Positions 1-10,265 of a DNA stretch of 64,000 nucleotides are shown here, piece after piece. The stretch covers positions 32,001-96,000 of the forward strand of contig JAXGMI010000003.1 of the NCBI GenBank assembly GCA_040768745.1, read 5' to 3'. A program made the position numbers and the translations under genes. A model generated the notes under the pieces. The model ran no database searches, was not told the DNA's origin, and saw nothing but the letters and a program-made list of their open reading frames with translations. Numbering within the stretch: position 1 is the stretch's first letter; each line of letters begins with the position of its first letter. Source of the stretch: Desulfomicrobium sp. (GTDB lineage Bacteria > Desulfobacterota > Desulfovibrionia > Desulfovibrionales > Desulfomicrobiaceae).

Positions 1-79
1 ACGGGTCGTGAAATTCTTCTTGGCCTTGTGGACTGCCCTGGGCTATCAGCCTTGTGCCCCTTGACCAGCCGGAGTGCCC

Positions 80-640
80 ATGTCCCTTCCCGAAATCCTG
101 CTCATTGCCATCGCACTGGCCATGGACGCCTTTGCCGTGGCCGTGGCCTCGGGGGTGGCGCTGAAAATCGTCACCGCCCGCCAGACGTTCCGCCTGTCCT
201 GGCATTTCGGCTTGTTCCAGGCCCTCATGCCGATCCTGGGATGGTTCGGAGGCTTTGCCGTGCGCGAGTATTTCCTGCGCTTCGGACACTGGATCGCCTT
301 TGGCCTGCTCCTGTATATCGGAGGACACATGCTCTGGGAAGGCCTGCACCACGACGAGGAGGACGTCTGCCAGGACCCGACCCAGGGCTCGCGCCTCATT
401 ATGCTTTCCGTGGCCACCAGCATCGACGCCCTGGCCGTGGGCTTCACCCTGGCCATGCTGGACATCTCCGTCTGGACCCCCGCCGCAATCATCGGGACGG
501 TGGCCTTTGCTTTCACCGCTGCCGGGCTTCACCTGGGCAAGACCGTCGGCTGCCGCACCCGTCTCGGACAGCGCGCCGAGGTCCTCGGCGGGGGGGTGCT
601 TCTGGCCATCGGGACCAAGATCCTGTGGCAGGCGCTGTGA
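80..640 (+). CDS. mntP: Manganese efflux pump MntP family
   Basis: Two repeats of the family motif (ALAMDAFAVAV; ATSIDALAVG), six hydrophobic segments, C-terminal AEVLGGGVLLAIG. ATG at 80 follows GGAG. Confidence 0.9.
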   Translation: MSLPEILLIAIALAMDAFAVAVASGVALKIVTARQTFRLSWHFGLFQALMPILGWFGGFAVREYFLRFGHWIAFGLLLYIGGHMLWEGLHHDEEDVCQDPTQGSRLIMLSVATSIDALAVGFTLAMLDISVWTPAAIIGTVAFAFTAAGLHLGKTVGCRTRLGQRAEVLGGGVLLAIGTKILWQAL

Positions 641-874
641 GGTCCGAATTGTTCCCGCTTTCCCCATGGCGGTTGCGCAGGAAGCCCCGAGGCGGAGCCG
701 GCCACCCCTGACCTCCCAAGGCGCGCGGATCCGCGCACCGCATCCTCCCCGTATCCCCATGGCCCCGGGCCTGATGCCTTTGACCGATGTCCATGTTGGA
801 TCTAGGCAAACAGGGCCCTCTGGCATATCATTTTATATTTTCCCAACCATCAGTCCCAGACCAGGGAGGCCCCC

Positions 875-2818
875 ATGTTTGGCTGGACCGGAAGGATTCT
901 CGACATCGATTTGTCATCGGGCGCGATTCGCGAGCAAAGCCTTTCCCTGGACCTGGCTCGGGCCTTTCTGGGTGGACGCGGCCTGAATTCCAAGGTCCTT
1001 TTCGACCGCATCCCCCCCGGACTCGATCCCCTCTCCCCCGACAACGTCTACTGCATCGCGCCCGGCCCCCTGTCCGGCACGGCCCTGGGCATGACCAGCC
1101 GGGTGGAGGTCTCCACCCTTTCGCCCTATTCGGGCATCCTGGGAGACGGCAATGCGGGCGAGCGCTTCGCCTCGGTCATGAAGCACGCCCGGGCCGACCA
1201 GATCATCATCACTGGGCGGGCCAAGGCCCCCTGCTACCTGCTGGTCACGCCGGAATCGGCGCAACTCCTCGACGCCCTCGACCTCTGGGGTAAGGGTACC
1301 TGGGAGACGACAGACGCGCTGGTGGCCCGGCACGGTTCCAGGGCCTCGGTGGCTTGCATCGGGCAGGCCGGGGAGAACCTGGTCCGCTTCGCCTCCACCA
1401 TCGTAGACAGGTATGCCTCGGCCGCGCGGGGCAGCGGGGCGGTGCTGGGCTCCAAGAACCTCAAGGCCATCGTGGTGGCGGGTGACCACCGGGTGGGCCT
1501 GGCCGACCCCGAGGCCTTCCTGGAACTGGCCAAGCTTGACCGGGAATACTTCGCCAAAGACGACTTCCAGCGCAACGTGGCCAGCCGATACGGCTCGCAC
1601 CACGGCGTGACCAACTGGCGGCCTGGATTCCGCAACTACTTAAAATATCTGGAACCCGACCAGATTCCGCCCCAGCTTCGGCCCGAGGCCTGGAAGCGGT
1701 TCGAGACCGGCCGAACGGGCTGCGGCAACTGCCCCGTACGCTGCAAGAACGTCTACGAGATCCCCTCCGGCACGAGGCAGGGCGAGCACGGCGAAGCCCT
1801 GGAGTACGAGTCCATCTTCTGCATGGGCACCAATTGCGGCGTGACGGACCCCGTGGCCATCATGGAGATGAGCAACCTGGGCGACATCTACGGCATGGAC
1901 GTCATTCCCCTGGGCAACGCCATGGCCCTGGCCAAGGACCTGTATGCCCGCGGCCTCCTGACCCGGGAGCAGACCGGGGGCCTCGATCTGTCCTGGGAAA
2001 ACGCGGCCGACCAGGTCGAACTCGTCCACCGCACGGCCCTGCGCCAAGGGTTCGGCAACATTCTGGCCGAGGGCATGCTGTCCTTGGCCAAAATTCTGGG
2101 CGGCAGGGCCATGGACTATTGCTACCACGTCAAGGGGTTGAGCCGCGGCCCCTACCCGGCCGGCCTCTTCGCCCTGGCCCACGCCACCTCCACCCGCGGG
2201 GCCGACCATCTGCGCGGCCGCAGCTGGGCCTACGGCGAGAACGATCCGGACCTCTTCCCCAGGCTGCAGGCCTCGGGCGCCCTGCGGGCGGACATGGACG
2301 ATCCGGTGCAGGCCATCATCCTGTCCGAGAGGGTCTGCACCCTGGCTGACAGCGTGGGCCGCTGCAAGGGGGCCGTCAACTCCTGGGCCAACGCCGTACC
2401 CCTGGCCTGGAAGGAGCCCCTCCTGGGCGGGCTGGCCCGCCTGCTGACGGCGGCCACCGGCGAGCCCTTCGACGAGGAGGGCCTCCTCCGCGCCGCGGAC
2501 CGCATCTACACCCTGGAAAAGGCCTTCAACGCCCGCCGGGGCATCACCAGCGTCCACGACTCCATCCCCCTGCACCCCGATCACTTCAGCCCCGAGGACA
2601 TGGAGCGCGAACGCGCCAGGCACCGCGACCTGCTCCAGCGCTACTACGCCCTGCAGGGCCAGGACCCGGCCACCGGCGTCCCCACCCGGGAGCGCATGGA
2701 CGAACTGGGTCTGGCGGACGAGGGCAGACGCCTGCACGACGACGGCCCCTACAGTCCGTGGACGGGCCCGGCGCTGTGGCCCCTGCACAGATATCCGCAC
2801 GGAGGCTCCCGGGCCTAG
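875..2818 (+). CDS. aor: Tungsten/molybdenum aldehyde:ferredoxin oxidoreductase family protein
   Basis: N-terminal MFGWTGRILDIDLS..FLGGRGL, CIGQAGENLVRFA, GAVLGSKNLKAI, CxxCxxxC (CGNCPVRC), STRGADHLR; GGAGG RBS. Confidence 0.9.
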   Translation: MFGWTGRILDIDLSSGAIREQSLSLDLARAFLGGRGLNSKVLFDRIPPGLDPLSPDNVYCIAPGPLSGTALGMTSRVEVSTLSPYSGILGDGNAGERFASVMKHARADQIIITGRAKAPCYLLVTPESAQLLDALDLWGKGTWETTDALVARHGSRASVACIGQAGENLVRFASTIVDRYASAARGSGAVLGSKNLKAIVVAGDHRVGLADPEAFLELAKLDREYFAKDDFQRNVASRYGSHHGVTNWRPGFRNYLKYLEPDQIPPQLRPEAWKRFETGRTGCGNCPVRCKNVYEIPSGTRQGEHGEALEYESIFCMGTNCGVTDPVAIMEMSNLGDIYGMDVIPLGNAMALAKDLYARGLLTREQTGGLDLSWENAADQVELVHRTALRQGFGNILAEGMLSLAKILGGRAMDYCYHVKGLSRGPYPAGLFALAHATSTRGADHLRGRSWAYGENDPDLFPRLQASGALRADMDDPVQAIILSERVCTLADSVGRCKGAVNSWANAVPLAWKEPLLGGLARLLTAATGEPFDEEGLLRAADRIYTLEKAFNARRGITSVHDSIPLHPDHFSPEDMERERARHRDLLQRYYALQGQDPATGVPTRERMDELGLADEGRRLHDDGPYSPWTGPALWPLHRYPHGGSRA

Positions 2819-3015
2819 CATCCCCGGACCGATGCTGACCAGAACCTCGACGTGGGGGCAATCCAAGAGTGTCTGTTCAACCAGTCCTGCCGCATGGGTC
2901 TGGAAATCCTCCCAGGACAAAGAACCCGCGTACTCCACGTCTGGACGAACGGCCCCCCTTCAACGTATCAGGATGCAGTCCTTCGACCACCTCAAGCCAG
3001 ATGATCAGGATAGCC

Positions 3016-6000
3016 ATGCACCCCCTGCTCCTACGCCAAATCGAACAGGCCCTGCTGGATCTGAGCGCATGCCCCGCTGCGGTGGCGGCCGTGCTCCAGC
3101 TCGTCAGCGAGACCTACCAGGCATTCGATGACGAAAAAACTGTGTGCAGGGAGATGGAGCGACTGGACCACATCATCGAATTCCTGCCCGATGCCATCTT
3201 CGCGGTGGACAATGAGCACCGGGTCATCGCCTGGAACAAGGCCATGGCAGTCATGACCGGCGTACCCAAGCAGGAAATCCTGGGCACGGGGGGCTTCGAA
3301 TACGCCATCCCCTTCTACGGCCACCCCCGCCCCGTTCTGCTGGATTTCATCGCCAAGGATCCCAGTCAGAGCTACCCCATGTACAGTCCGGAGCAGACTC
3401 AGAACCAGACCCGGGCCACGGAGGTGTTCGTCCCGGCCTTGCACGGAGGGCGGGGGGCTTTTGTGTGGACCAAGGCCAGCCCCCTGTATGACCGGCAGGG
3501 CAGGATCGCCGGGGCCATCCAGAGCATCCGGGACATCACGGAAAAAAAGCGGTCCGAAATCACCACCAGGGTACTCTACCTCGTCTCCACGGCGGCCAGC
3601 ACCCCCATGGACAACGCGGAACTCTTCTCGCAGGTGAACGACCTCCTGGTCTGGCACCTGGATATCCAGATCCTGCACATCGCCCTGCCTGACTTCGAAA
3701 TCGACACCTACACCTTCTCCTGCCTTGACCAGGATTCCTGTGCCAGCGCCGAAATTCTCACCCGTCTCGCGGACCTGGCGGCCAAGGTCCAGCAGACCAT
3801 GCAGCCCACCATCTTCACGGAACGGCCCAACCTGACCGAAACGGGCTATCTTGGACAGACGGTCTGGTTCGCCTCCCCCCTCAAGTACGGAAGCCGGATC
3901 CTGGGCTCCGTGGTCATCGTGCTGCCGGAAGACAATCTGCATTTCAGCACCAGGGACGCACCCATCCTTGCTTCAGTGGCCGACCACCTGGCCCTGGCCA
4001 TTTCCCGCAATGCCACGGAACAGGCCCTGCGCAGAAGCGAGGAGAAGCACCGCCTGATCTTTGAAAACGCGACCGAGGGCATTTTCCAGGCGTCCCTGGA
4101 TCACGACCTCCTGAACGCCAATCCCGCCCTGGCCCGCATCCTCGGATATCCGGATGTGGAAAGCCTCATGCGGCACCGGAAGGGATTTCTCAGGCACCTG
4201 CTGTCCGACAAGGATCGGCTCACCCTGATGGACCAGGTCCTCAACCAGGGCCGGATCGACAATTTCGAGACCTCCATGAGTGAGGGAAACAAGACCCGGG
4301 GATGGCTGTCCATCAACATGCGAACCGTGCAGCACCCGGATGGGTCCATCGCCTATCTCGAAGGATCCATGCGCAACGTCTCCCAACGCAAGGAGGCGGA
4401 ACAGAAACTGGCGGTCCAGAAAAGCCTTTTCCAGCAACTCTTCGACAACTCGCCCCAGGGCATTCTTCTGCTCGGGGCGGACGGGGCCCCGCAGAACCTG
4501 AATCTGAGCTTCACGGCCATGTTCGGGTTCACCCGGGACGACGTGGACTCCCTCTTCGAGGTCCTCCTGCCCCCTGACAGCCTGGAGGAAAACTACTCCT
4601 TCCTGGCAAAGGTCCTGCAAGGCACCGCCCAGAGCCAGGAAACCCTCCGCCGCCACAAGGACGGACATGTCATTCCCGTGTCCATGCTCGGCTACCCCTA
4701 CCTGCTGGACGGCAAAATAGCCGGGGCCTTCTTCATCTTCAGCGACATTTCGGAGCGCAAGGACTATGAGAACAGACTGACCACCCAGGCCCTGCGCGAC
4801 AACCTGACCGGCTTGCCCAACCGGGTCCTGTTCATGGATCGCCTGAACCGGGCCATGGAGCGTCAGAAACGCAACCCAGGGTACCGCTTCGCCGTGCTCA
4901 TGATCGATTTGGACAGCTTCAAGCGGGTCAACGACACCCTTGGCCACCAGGCCGGGGACTCGCTCCTCAAGGAAGTCGCCAACCGCCTGACCAGGGGGCT
5001 GCGCGCCATTGACACCGTGGCCCGCATGGGCGGGGACGAATTCGCCATCATCCTGGAGGACTTCCACACCAACCGCCAGGCCATCGACATCGCGCACCGT
5101 CTCCTGAACGACGTCCGCCAGCCCATGCAGATCCAGGACCGGGAGATCCAGGTCAGCGCCTCCATCGGCATAGTGCTGCGCACTTCCCATTACCAGAGTC
5201 CAGACGAAATGATCCGCGATGCGGACATCTGCATGTACCGCTCCAAGGAGATGGGCAAAAACCAGTTCAAGATCTTCAGCAAGAGCATGTACGAAAAGGT
5301 GCTGCAGGCCGTGGAGATGGAGAACGACCTCCGCCGGGCCCTGGTCAACGAGGAATTCGAGCTCTTCTTCCAGCCCATCTTCACGGTCTCCACCGGCCAT
5401 CTGCGGGGGTTCGAGGCATTGGTGCGCTGGAATCACCCGCGCCATGGCCTGCTCACCCCGGGGTCCTTCATCCCCCTGGCCGAGGAGGCCGGGCTGGTCT
5501 CGGACATCGGCAAATGGGTTCTCTCCCAGGGATGCCGAACCCTGGTTCGATGGCAGGCCATGGAGGCCGAACAGATGCCCTACCTGTCCCTCAATCTTTC
5601 GCCCAAGGATTTCCTGCAGCCCAACCTCGCCAGCGACATCGCCGCCCTGCTCCAGCAGACGCGGCTGGATCCCAGCCACCTCAAGCTGGAGATCACGGAA
5701 ACCGCGGTCATGGACAATCCCGAGCAGACCACCTCCAAACTGGAAAAACTGCAGAAGCTGGGGGTGCAGATCGCCATGGATGATTTCGGCACTGGCTACT
5801 CCTCCCTGTCCTATCTGCAGCGCCTGCCCATCGACATCCTGAAGATCGACCGGTCCTTTGTGCAGACCATGCTGGAAAACCCGAGCAACCTGGAGATCAT
5901 CAAGGCCATCATCGGGCTGGGCAAAATCCTGGACCTGCGCATCGTGGCCGAAGGCGTGGAAACCCAGGACCAACTCCAGATCCTGCAGGATCTGGGATGC

Positions 6001-6087
6001 GACCTGGCCCAGGGGTATCTGCTGGGAAGACCCATGCCCCTGGAATCGGCCGAGGAATTGCTGGCCAAAAATCCGGCCCGGCAATGA
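3016..6087 (+). CDS. PAS/GAF sensor diguanylate cyclase-phosphodiesterase (GGDEF-EAL)
   Basis: Three PAS/PAC-like segments, GAF-like region, intact GGDEF (RMGGDEF), EALVRW and DDFGTGYSS. Start could be 3001 or 3016. Confidence 0.9.
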   Translation: MHPLLLRQIEQALLDLSACPAAVAAVLQLVSETYQAFDDEKTVCREMERLDHIIEFLPDAIFAVDNEHRVIAWNKAMAVMTGVPKQEILGTGGFEYAIPFYGHPRPVLLDFIAKDPSQSYPMYSPEQTQNQTRATEVFVPALHGGRGAFVWTKASPLYDRQGRIAGAIQSIRDITEKKRSEITTRVLYLVSTAASTPMDNAELFSQVNDLLVWHLDIQILHIALPDFEIDTYTFSCLDQDSCASAEILTRLADLAAKVQQTMQPTIFTERPNLTETGYLGQTVWFASPLKYGSRILGSVVIVLPEDNLHFSTRDAPILASVADHLALAISRNATEQALRRSEEKHRLIFENATEGIFQASLDHDLLNANPALARILGYPDVESLMRHRKGFLRHLLSDKDRLTLMDQVLNQGRIDNFETSMSEGNKTRGWLSINMRTVQHPDGSIAYLEGSMRNVSQRKEAEQKLAVQKSLFQQLFDNSPQGILLLGADGAPQNLNLSFTAMFGFTRDDVDSLFEVLLPPDSLEENYSFLAKVLQGTAQSQETLRRHKDGHVIPVSMLGYPYLLDGKIAGAFFIFSDISERKDYENRLTTQALRDNLTGLPNRVLFMDRLNRAMERQKRNPGYRFAVLMIDLDSFKRVNDTLGHQAGDSLLKEVANRLTRGLRAIDTVARMGGDEFAIILEDFHTNRQAIDIAHRLLNDVRQPMQIQDREIQVSASIGIVLRTSHYQSPDEMIRDADICMYRSKEMGKNQFKIFSKSMYEKVLQAVEMENDLRRALVNEEFELFFQPIFTVSTGHLRGFEALVRWNHPRHGLLTPGSFIPLAEEAGLVSDIGKWVLSQGCRTLVRWQAMEAEQMPYLSLNLSPKDFLQPNLASDIAALLQQTRLDPSHLKLEITETAVMDNPEQTTSKLEKLQKLGVQIAMDDFGTGYSSLSYLQRLPIDILKIDRSFVQTMLENPSNLEIIKAIIGLGKILDLRIVAEGVETQDQLQILQDLGCDLAQGYLLGRPMPLESAEELLAKNPARQ

Positions 6088-6091
6088 AACC

Positions 6092-6847
6092 ATGAACCCG
6101 CGCCATCAGCCACGTGCCGTCCACGACTCCCCGTTCAGGTCCTATCGTGCTGCACAGCAGCCCGACCTGATCTCTTTCCAGATCGTCATCGAACAGACCG
6201 ATCTCTGGGTCGCGGCCCGCAGGGATCTGTCCGTTCTCGTGGCCGACGAGGTCCGCCTGCTGCGCGCCCAGATTCAAGCCTATGCAACCATTCACCCCGA
6301 ATTCATCCCGGCCCTCAGTCCCCTGACGGCCGATCCCCGCGCACCCGAAGTCATCCAGCGCATGTGCCGGGCCGCCCAGCTGACGGGAGTGGGCCCCATG
6401 GCCGCGGTGGCCGGAACCATCGCCCAGCTGGTGGCGGAGAAATTCCAAAACCAGTCGCCCGACATCCTGGTCGAAAACGGTGGGGATACCTATCTCTGTT
6501 CCACCCGTGACCGGCATATCGGCATCCTGAGCGTGCCCGGGGAAGGCCTGCGCCTGTGCGTGCCCGTGCAGGCCAGGGAATTTCCCTGTTCGTTCTGCGC
6601 CTCTTCGGCCAAAATCGGCCATTCGCTCAGTTTCGGAAACGCCGACCTGGTGGTCACCCGGTCCCGCGACGCGGCCCTGGCCGATGCCGCAGCCACGGCC
6701 CTGGCCAATCTGCTTAAAAATGCCGCGGCCATGGACAGGGTTCTGGCCCTGGCTCAGCAATGGGAAGCAACGGGACTGGACGGTGTTTTCGCCCAGTGTG
6801 AAGGCAGGGTCGGGGTCTGGGGCAGGATGCAGCTGGATGTACTGTAG
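6092..6847 (+). CDS. UPF0280 / ApbE-like family protein
   Basis: VGPMAAVAGTIA, VENGGD, GHSLSFG, ADAAATA motifs; ATG 6092 directly after the EAL gene stop. Confidence 0.85.
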   Translation: MNPRHQPRAVHDSPFRSYRAAQQPDLISFQIVIEQTDLWVAARRDLSVLVADEVRLLRAQIQAYATIHPEFIPALSPLTADPRAPEVIQRMCRAAQLTGVGPMAAVAGTIAQLVAEKFQNQSPDILVENGGDTYLCSTRDRHIGILSVPGEGLRLCVPVQAREFPCSFCASSAKIGHSLSFGNADLVVTRSRDAALADAAATALANLLKNAAAMDRVLALAQQWEATGLDGVFAQCEGRVGVWGRMQLDVL

Positions 6848-6911
6848 GGACTGGGCTCCGGCTCCCTGCTGGACAATGCCGGATACCCCGTTGTACGGCG
6901 CGGATTCATGG

Positions 6912-6948
6912 AATAAAAACGCCCCGCTTTTTCTCAAAGCGGGGCGTT
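6912..6948 (-). terminator. Rho-independent terminator (13-bp stem; U-tract on the minus strand, probably bidirectional)
   Basis: AACGCCCCGCTTT-ttctc-AAAGCGGGGCGTT, with an A-run on the left that reads as a U-tail on the minus strand. Confidence 0.8.
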
Positions 6949-7278
6949 GCATTTCATCTCACAATTTTTTTGTTCTGTGTCAGTTCACTATTCTTGTTTG
7001 TAGTTTGAAATTCTTCCTGACCAAAATCAGCGCTTGTTGACGGTCACACCGTCTGGTTTGCCAGGGCGAGACTATATATTCTTCACCTCACTGGCCTTGG
7101 TGGAAGCGCTACTTTCGTCCACTCCACTTGCCGTTTGATGAGTCCAATGGTCTTCCCTCCGTTGAGGTTTGTCCAACTGAATTCAGGCTTCAATTTCCCT
7201 ATAGGCCCGAAACAAACCCTTGTCCAGAGGTAAAATACAAATTGGCACAAACACATCCTCCGATTATCCCCCAGAATA
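6912..7278 (-). ncRNA. Candidate GGA-rich small RNA (CsrB/RsmZ-like)
   Basis: No convincing ORF; 12 GGA motifs on the minus strand, 11 of them within about 7117-7270; ends in a minus-strand terminator; possible TTGTAT-N16-CATGAT promoter at about 7282-7309. Confidence 0.35.
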
Positions 7279-7420
7279 ATAATCATGCGTTAATTCCGAT
7301 ATGATACAAAAAAAACATGGCCTCGCCGCAGGGATGGATCAAAAAGCACCCCCTTGTTGGGGCAGTCCAGCTGGGCCGCATGTTCTTTGCCTTTGCCCCA
7401 TCCTTTGCTAGACAGGCTCC

Positions 7421-10051
7421 ATGACCGAGCCACAAGAACTCTCCCCGGCCCCCTCCACCGGGCCCAGGGCGTCTACCCTCCTGGTCACGACCGGTCTGGT
7501 CCTCCTTGGGCTGTGGGCCGCTCTGCCATGGGCGGCCTCCCGGGTCATTCCCATGCTCGCAGCCGACACGGCCATGGCCCCCCTGACCCTGGACGTCAGA
7601 AGGATCGGGCCGTTCGGCCTGGATCTGGCACAAATTGCAGGGGGGCCGCAGTCCTCCGTCCGCATCAAGAACCTGCAGGTGGACTGGAGCGTTGCGGGTC
7701 TGTTGCAGGGCAAGGTGGACGACGTGCGGGTCGTGGGTCTGGAAGTCCAGGTCCGGGAAACGGGCGGGAAATGGGAGGTTCCCTGCCTGACGGGAGGCCC
7801 TGAGTCCAGAGCCCACGGGTCTGCCCTGTTCCTGCCCGGGATCGAACGACTTGCCGTGGACGGTCGGGTCAACCTGGATGGCCGGGCATTGACCATGAGC
7901 CTCCCCTTTGCCGTCAACGGCTCCCTGGAACGGGGCGGGAGCGCTGTTCTGGACCTGCACGCAGCCCTGTCCGGACAGGACATGCAGGCCCGGATCCAGG
8001 CCAATCTTGCAGACAAGACCCTCCGCCTGAGCTGTTCCCTGCCCGATGCCTCCATCGCGGCCCTGACCCGACTGATCCCGGGGCGCAAGGACACACCCAC
8101 CAGCGGCTGGGTGCAGGTCCAGGCCGAGCTCGGCCTGGACCGGGACGGTAGGCCGCGCGTGGAGACAAGGCTTGAGGCGCGGGACTTCCAGGCCATGCTC
8201 GGCGCCGATCTTCTGGCCCAGGAGGGCAATGCCAGCGCGCAATTTGCCTGGCAGGAGGGCGAGCCCCACCTCATCATTTCTCCCGTCCGCCTGCGCTCAC
8301 CCCTGCCGGTGACAGTAGCCCTGCGCGACATTCGCGCCGATGTCGCAGCCAAGAACGTTGCCTTTTCCTGGGGGATCGAGCTGGGAAAGATGCCCGGACT
8401 GGCATGGACGACCACCCCCCGGCTGGCCGGGCAGACCAGCATCCAGTTCACGGACCAGGGCTTTGAGGCCCAAACCACGGCCGAACTCGGCCCCATCCGG
8501 ACCTCCCTGCCCAGCCATGCAGGCCTCTCGGCCAGCCTGGATCCAAGTCCGCTGCGCATCGCCATTTCATCCAACGCCACGGCAACGCATATGGACGCCA
8601 ATCTCGCCCTGGACGCCCTGAACCTGACCCGGGACAACCAAAGCGCCCGGCTCGCGGATTTGAACCTGCGCGCCAGCGCCTCCCTCAGTTCCGGCCGGAT
8701 CGTGGGTACGGCCAGCCTGGACGGGGGCAGGCTGGAGGCGAACCAGCCGGGCGCACGCCTGACCACCAACAGTCTCGGCGGCCAATGCGCATTCGACCTG
8801 GGAGACAACCAAACTGTCAGCGGGGTCGTGAGCGCCAGCGCCAGGGCCGTGTCGGGTCAGACAGCCGCCAATGTGAGCCTGCGTCTGCCCCTCGCCTGGC
8901 CCGCTCCGAGCGCCACGGCCGGACAGGCGCAGGCAGATCTGCAGTTCAGGGGCAAGACCGTGGCCAGAGGAGCGTCCTCTCTGCGTCAGAGCGCGCAGGG
9001 AATCGTGCTGGACGGGACGTTATCCCTGCTGCCCGTGGCCGTGCGCGCCGCCCTCAAGGGGCTGCTCGATCTGCGCAACCCCGCTTCCAGCTGGGTGCAG
9101 GTCAAGGCCGGCCAGAGCGTGTCCCTGCCCGGGAATCTGGCCCAGCTGGCCCCGACCCTGAAATCCCTGACCGGCAGCGCAAGACTGGACCTTGAAGCCC
9201 GCTGGGACACAGCCCGGGGCGGGCCCTCCTTCCCGGTGGAAGTGCGGCTGTCCGGTGCGACCCTGACCCATGGCCAGACCAAGACGACCCTGACCAACGC
9301 GAATCTGGGGCTTGCTTTTCCCGACCTGCTCGCCTTCCGGTCCGCTCCAGCCCAGCGCCTGCACTTCGACCGTCTGCAGCTGGGCTCCGTGGTCCTGGAA
9401 AAAGGGGACCTCCGCTTTCAGTTCGAAGCCCTGCACAGCATCCTGATCGAAGGGTGCCACGCCAGCTGGGCCGGTGGCCGCGTGGGCAGCCATGCCTTCC
9501 GCATCGACCCGGGGACCGAGGACTATACGGTTGAACTGTATTGCGATCGGGTCCAATTGGCCCAGGCCCTGAGCCAGTTCGGCATGACCAAAGCCCAGGG
9601 GGGCGGTACGGCCAACGGCCGCATCCCGGTCCGCTATAGCCGGGGCTCCATCAGCTTCGATGACGGCTTTCTCTATTCCACTCCCGGAGAAAACGGGGTA
9701 TTGCGCATCCCGGGCACCGAGATGCTCACCGCCGGCGTGCCGCCCGATTCGCCCCAGTTTGCCCAGCTGGACCTGGCCTCGGAAGCCCTCAAGGATTTCG
9801 CCTACGAATGGGCCAAGGTCGGCCTGAACACCCAAGATCAGGAGCTGCTCCTGGCCCTGCAGCTGGACGGCAGGCCGACACAGCCGCTGCCCTTTGCCTT
9901 CAACCGGGACATCGGCGGATTCACCCGCGTCACCGGGGAATCCCCGGGCTCGACCTTCCAGGGCATCCGCCTGGACGTGAATTTCCGCCTGCCTTTGGAT
10001 CAACTTCTGCAATACCGGAAGGTTCTCCAACTGATGAAAAACGGAGGTTAA
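7421..10051 (+). CDS. ydbH: YdbH family intermembrane lipid transport protein (AsmA-like)
   Basis: N-terminal TM anchor, long beta-rich body, C-terminal GRIPV..GFLYS..G.LRI / ALKDF.Y; followed by ynbE and ydbL in canonical order. Confidence 0.8.
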   Translation: MTEPQELSPAPSTGPRASTLLVTTGLVLLGLWAALPWAASRVIPMLAADTAMAPLTLDVRRIGPFGLDLAQIAGGPQSSVRIKNLQVDWSVAGLLQGKVDDVRVVGLEVQVRETGGKWEVPCLTGGPESRAHGSALFLPGIERLAVDGRVNLDGRALTMSLPFAVNGSLERGGSAVLDLHAALSGQDMQARIQANLADKTLRLSCSLPDASIAALTRLIPGRKDTPTSGWVQVQAELGLDRDGRPRVETRLEARDFQAMLGADLLAQEGNASAQFAWQEGEPHLIISPVRLRSPLPVTVALRDIRADVAAKNVAFSWGIELGKMPGLAWTTTPRLAGQTSIQFTDQGFEAQTTAELGPIRTSLPSHAGLSASLDPSPLRIAISSNATATHMDANLALDALNLTRDNQSARLADLNLRASASLSSGRIVGTASLDGGRLEANQPGARLTTNSLGGQCAFDLGDNQTVSGVVSASARAVSGQTAANVSLRLPLAWPAPSATAGQAQADLQFRGKTVARGASSLRQSAQGIVLDGTLSLLPVAVRAALKGLLDLRNPASSWVQVKAGQSVSLPGNLAQLAPTLKSLTGSARLDLEARWDTARGGPSFPVEVRLSGATLTHGQTKTTLTNANLGLAFPDLLAFRSAPAQRLHFDRLQLGSVVLEKGDLRFQFEALHSILIEGCHASWAGGRVGSHAFRIDPGTEDYTVELYCDRVQLAQALSQFGMTKAQGGGTANGRIPVRYSRGSISFDDGFLYSTPGENGVLRIPGTEMLTAGVPPDSPQFAQLDLASEALKDFAYEWAKVGLNTQDQELLLALQLDGRPTQPLPFAFNRDIGGFTRVTGESPGSTFQGIRLDVNFRLPLDQLLQYRKVLQLMKNGG

Positions 10052-10052
10052 T

Positions 10053-10256
10053 GTGCGTTCGTGCCTGCTTGTTCCCGTTTTCTGCCTGGGTCTGTGGATC
10101 CTGCCCGCGTGCAACACCAGGCATGAGGTGCAGATGGCCCCGGTGGAAGTCAAGCCCATCCACATCACCATCGACGTCAATGTCCGGGTCCAGAAGGACC
10201 TGGAAGACTTTTTCGGCGACATCGACAAGGCCGAGCAACAACTCAACCGGAAATAG
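10053..10256 (+). CDS. ynbE: YnbE-like lipoprotein
   Basis: Lipobox LPAC, KPIHITIDVNVRVQKDLEDFF motif; position between ydbH and ydbL. Confidence 0.8.
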   Translation: MRSCLLVPVFCLGLWILPACNTRHEVQMAPVEVKPIHITIDVNVRVQKDLEDFFGDIDKAEQQLNRK

Positions 10257-10265
10257 GGAAGACCC

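Noticed and set aside
1..79. yybP-ykoY Mn riboswitch upstream of mntP
   Set aside because: No recognisable motif in the 79 nt available; it could lie outside the window.
820..836. Sigma54 promoter upstream of aor (TGGCATATCATTTTAT)
   Set aside because: The -24 element fits, but the conserved -12 GC is absent.
7040..7066. c-di-GMP-I riboswitch (GGCAAACC on the minus strand)
   Set aside because: It lacks the GNRA-capped P2 followed by GACGCAAAGC, and there is no downstream gene on that strand.
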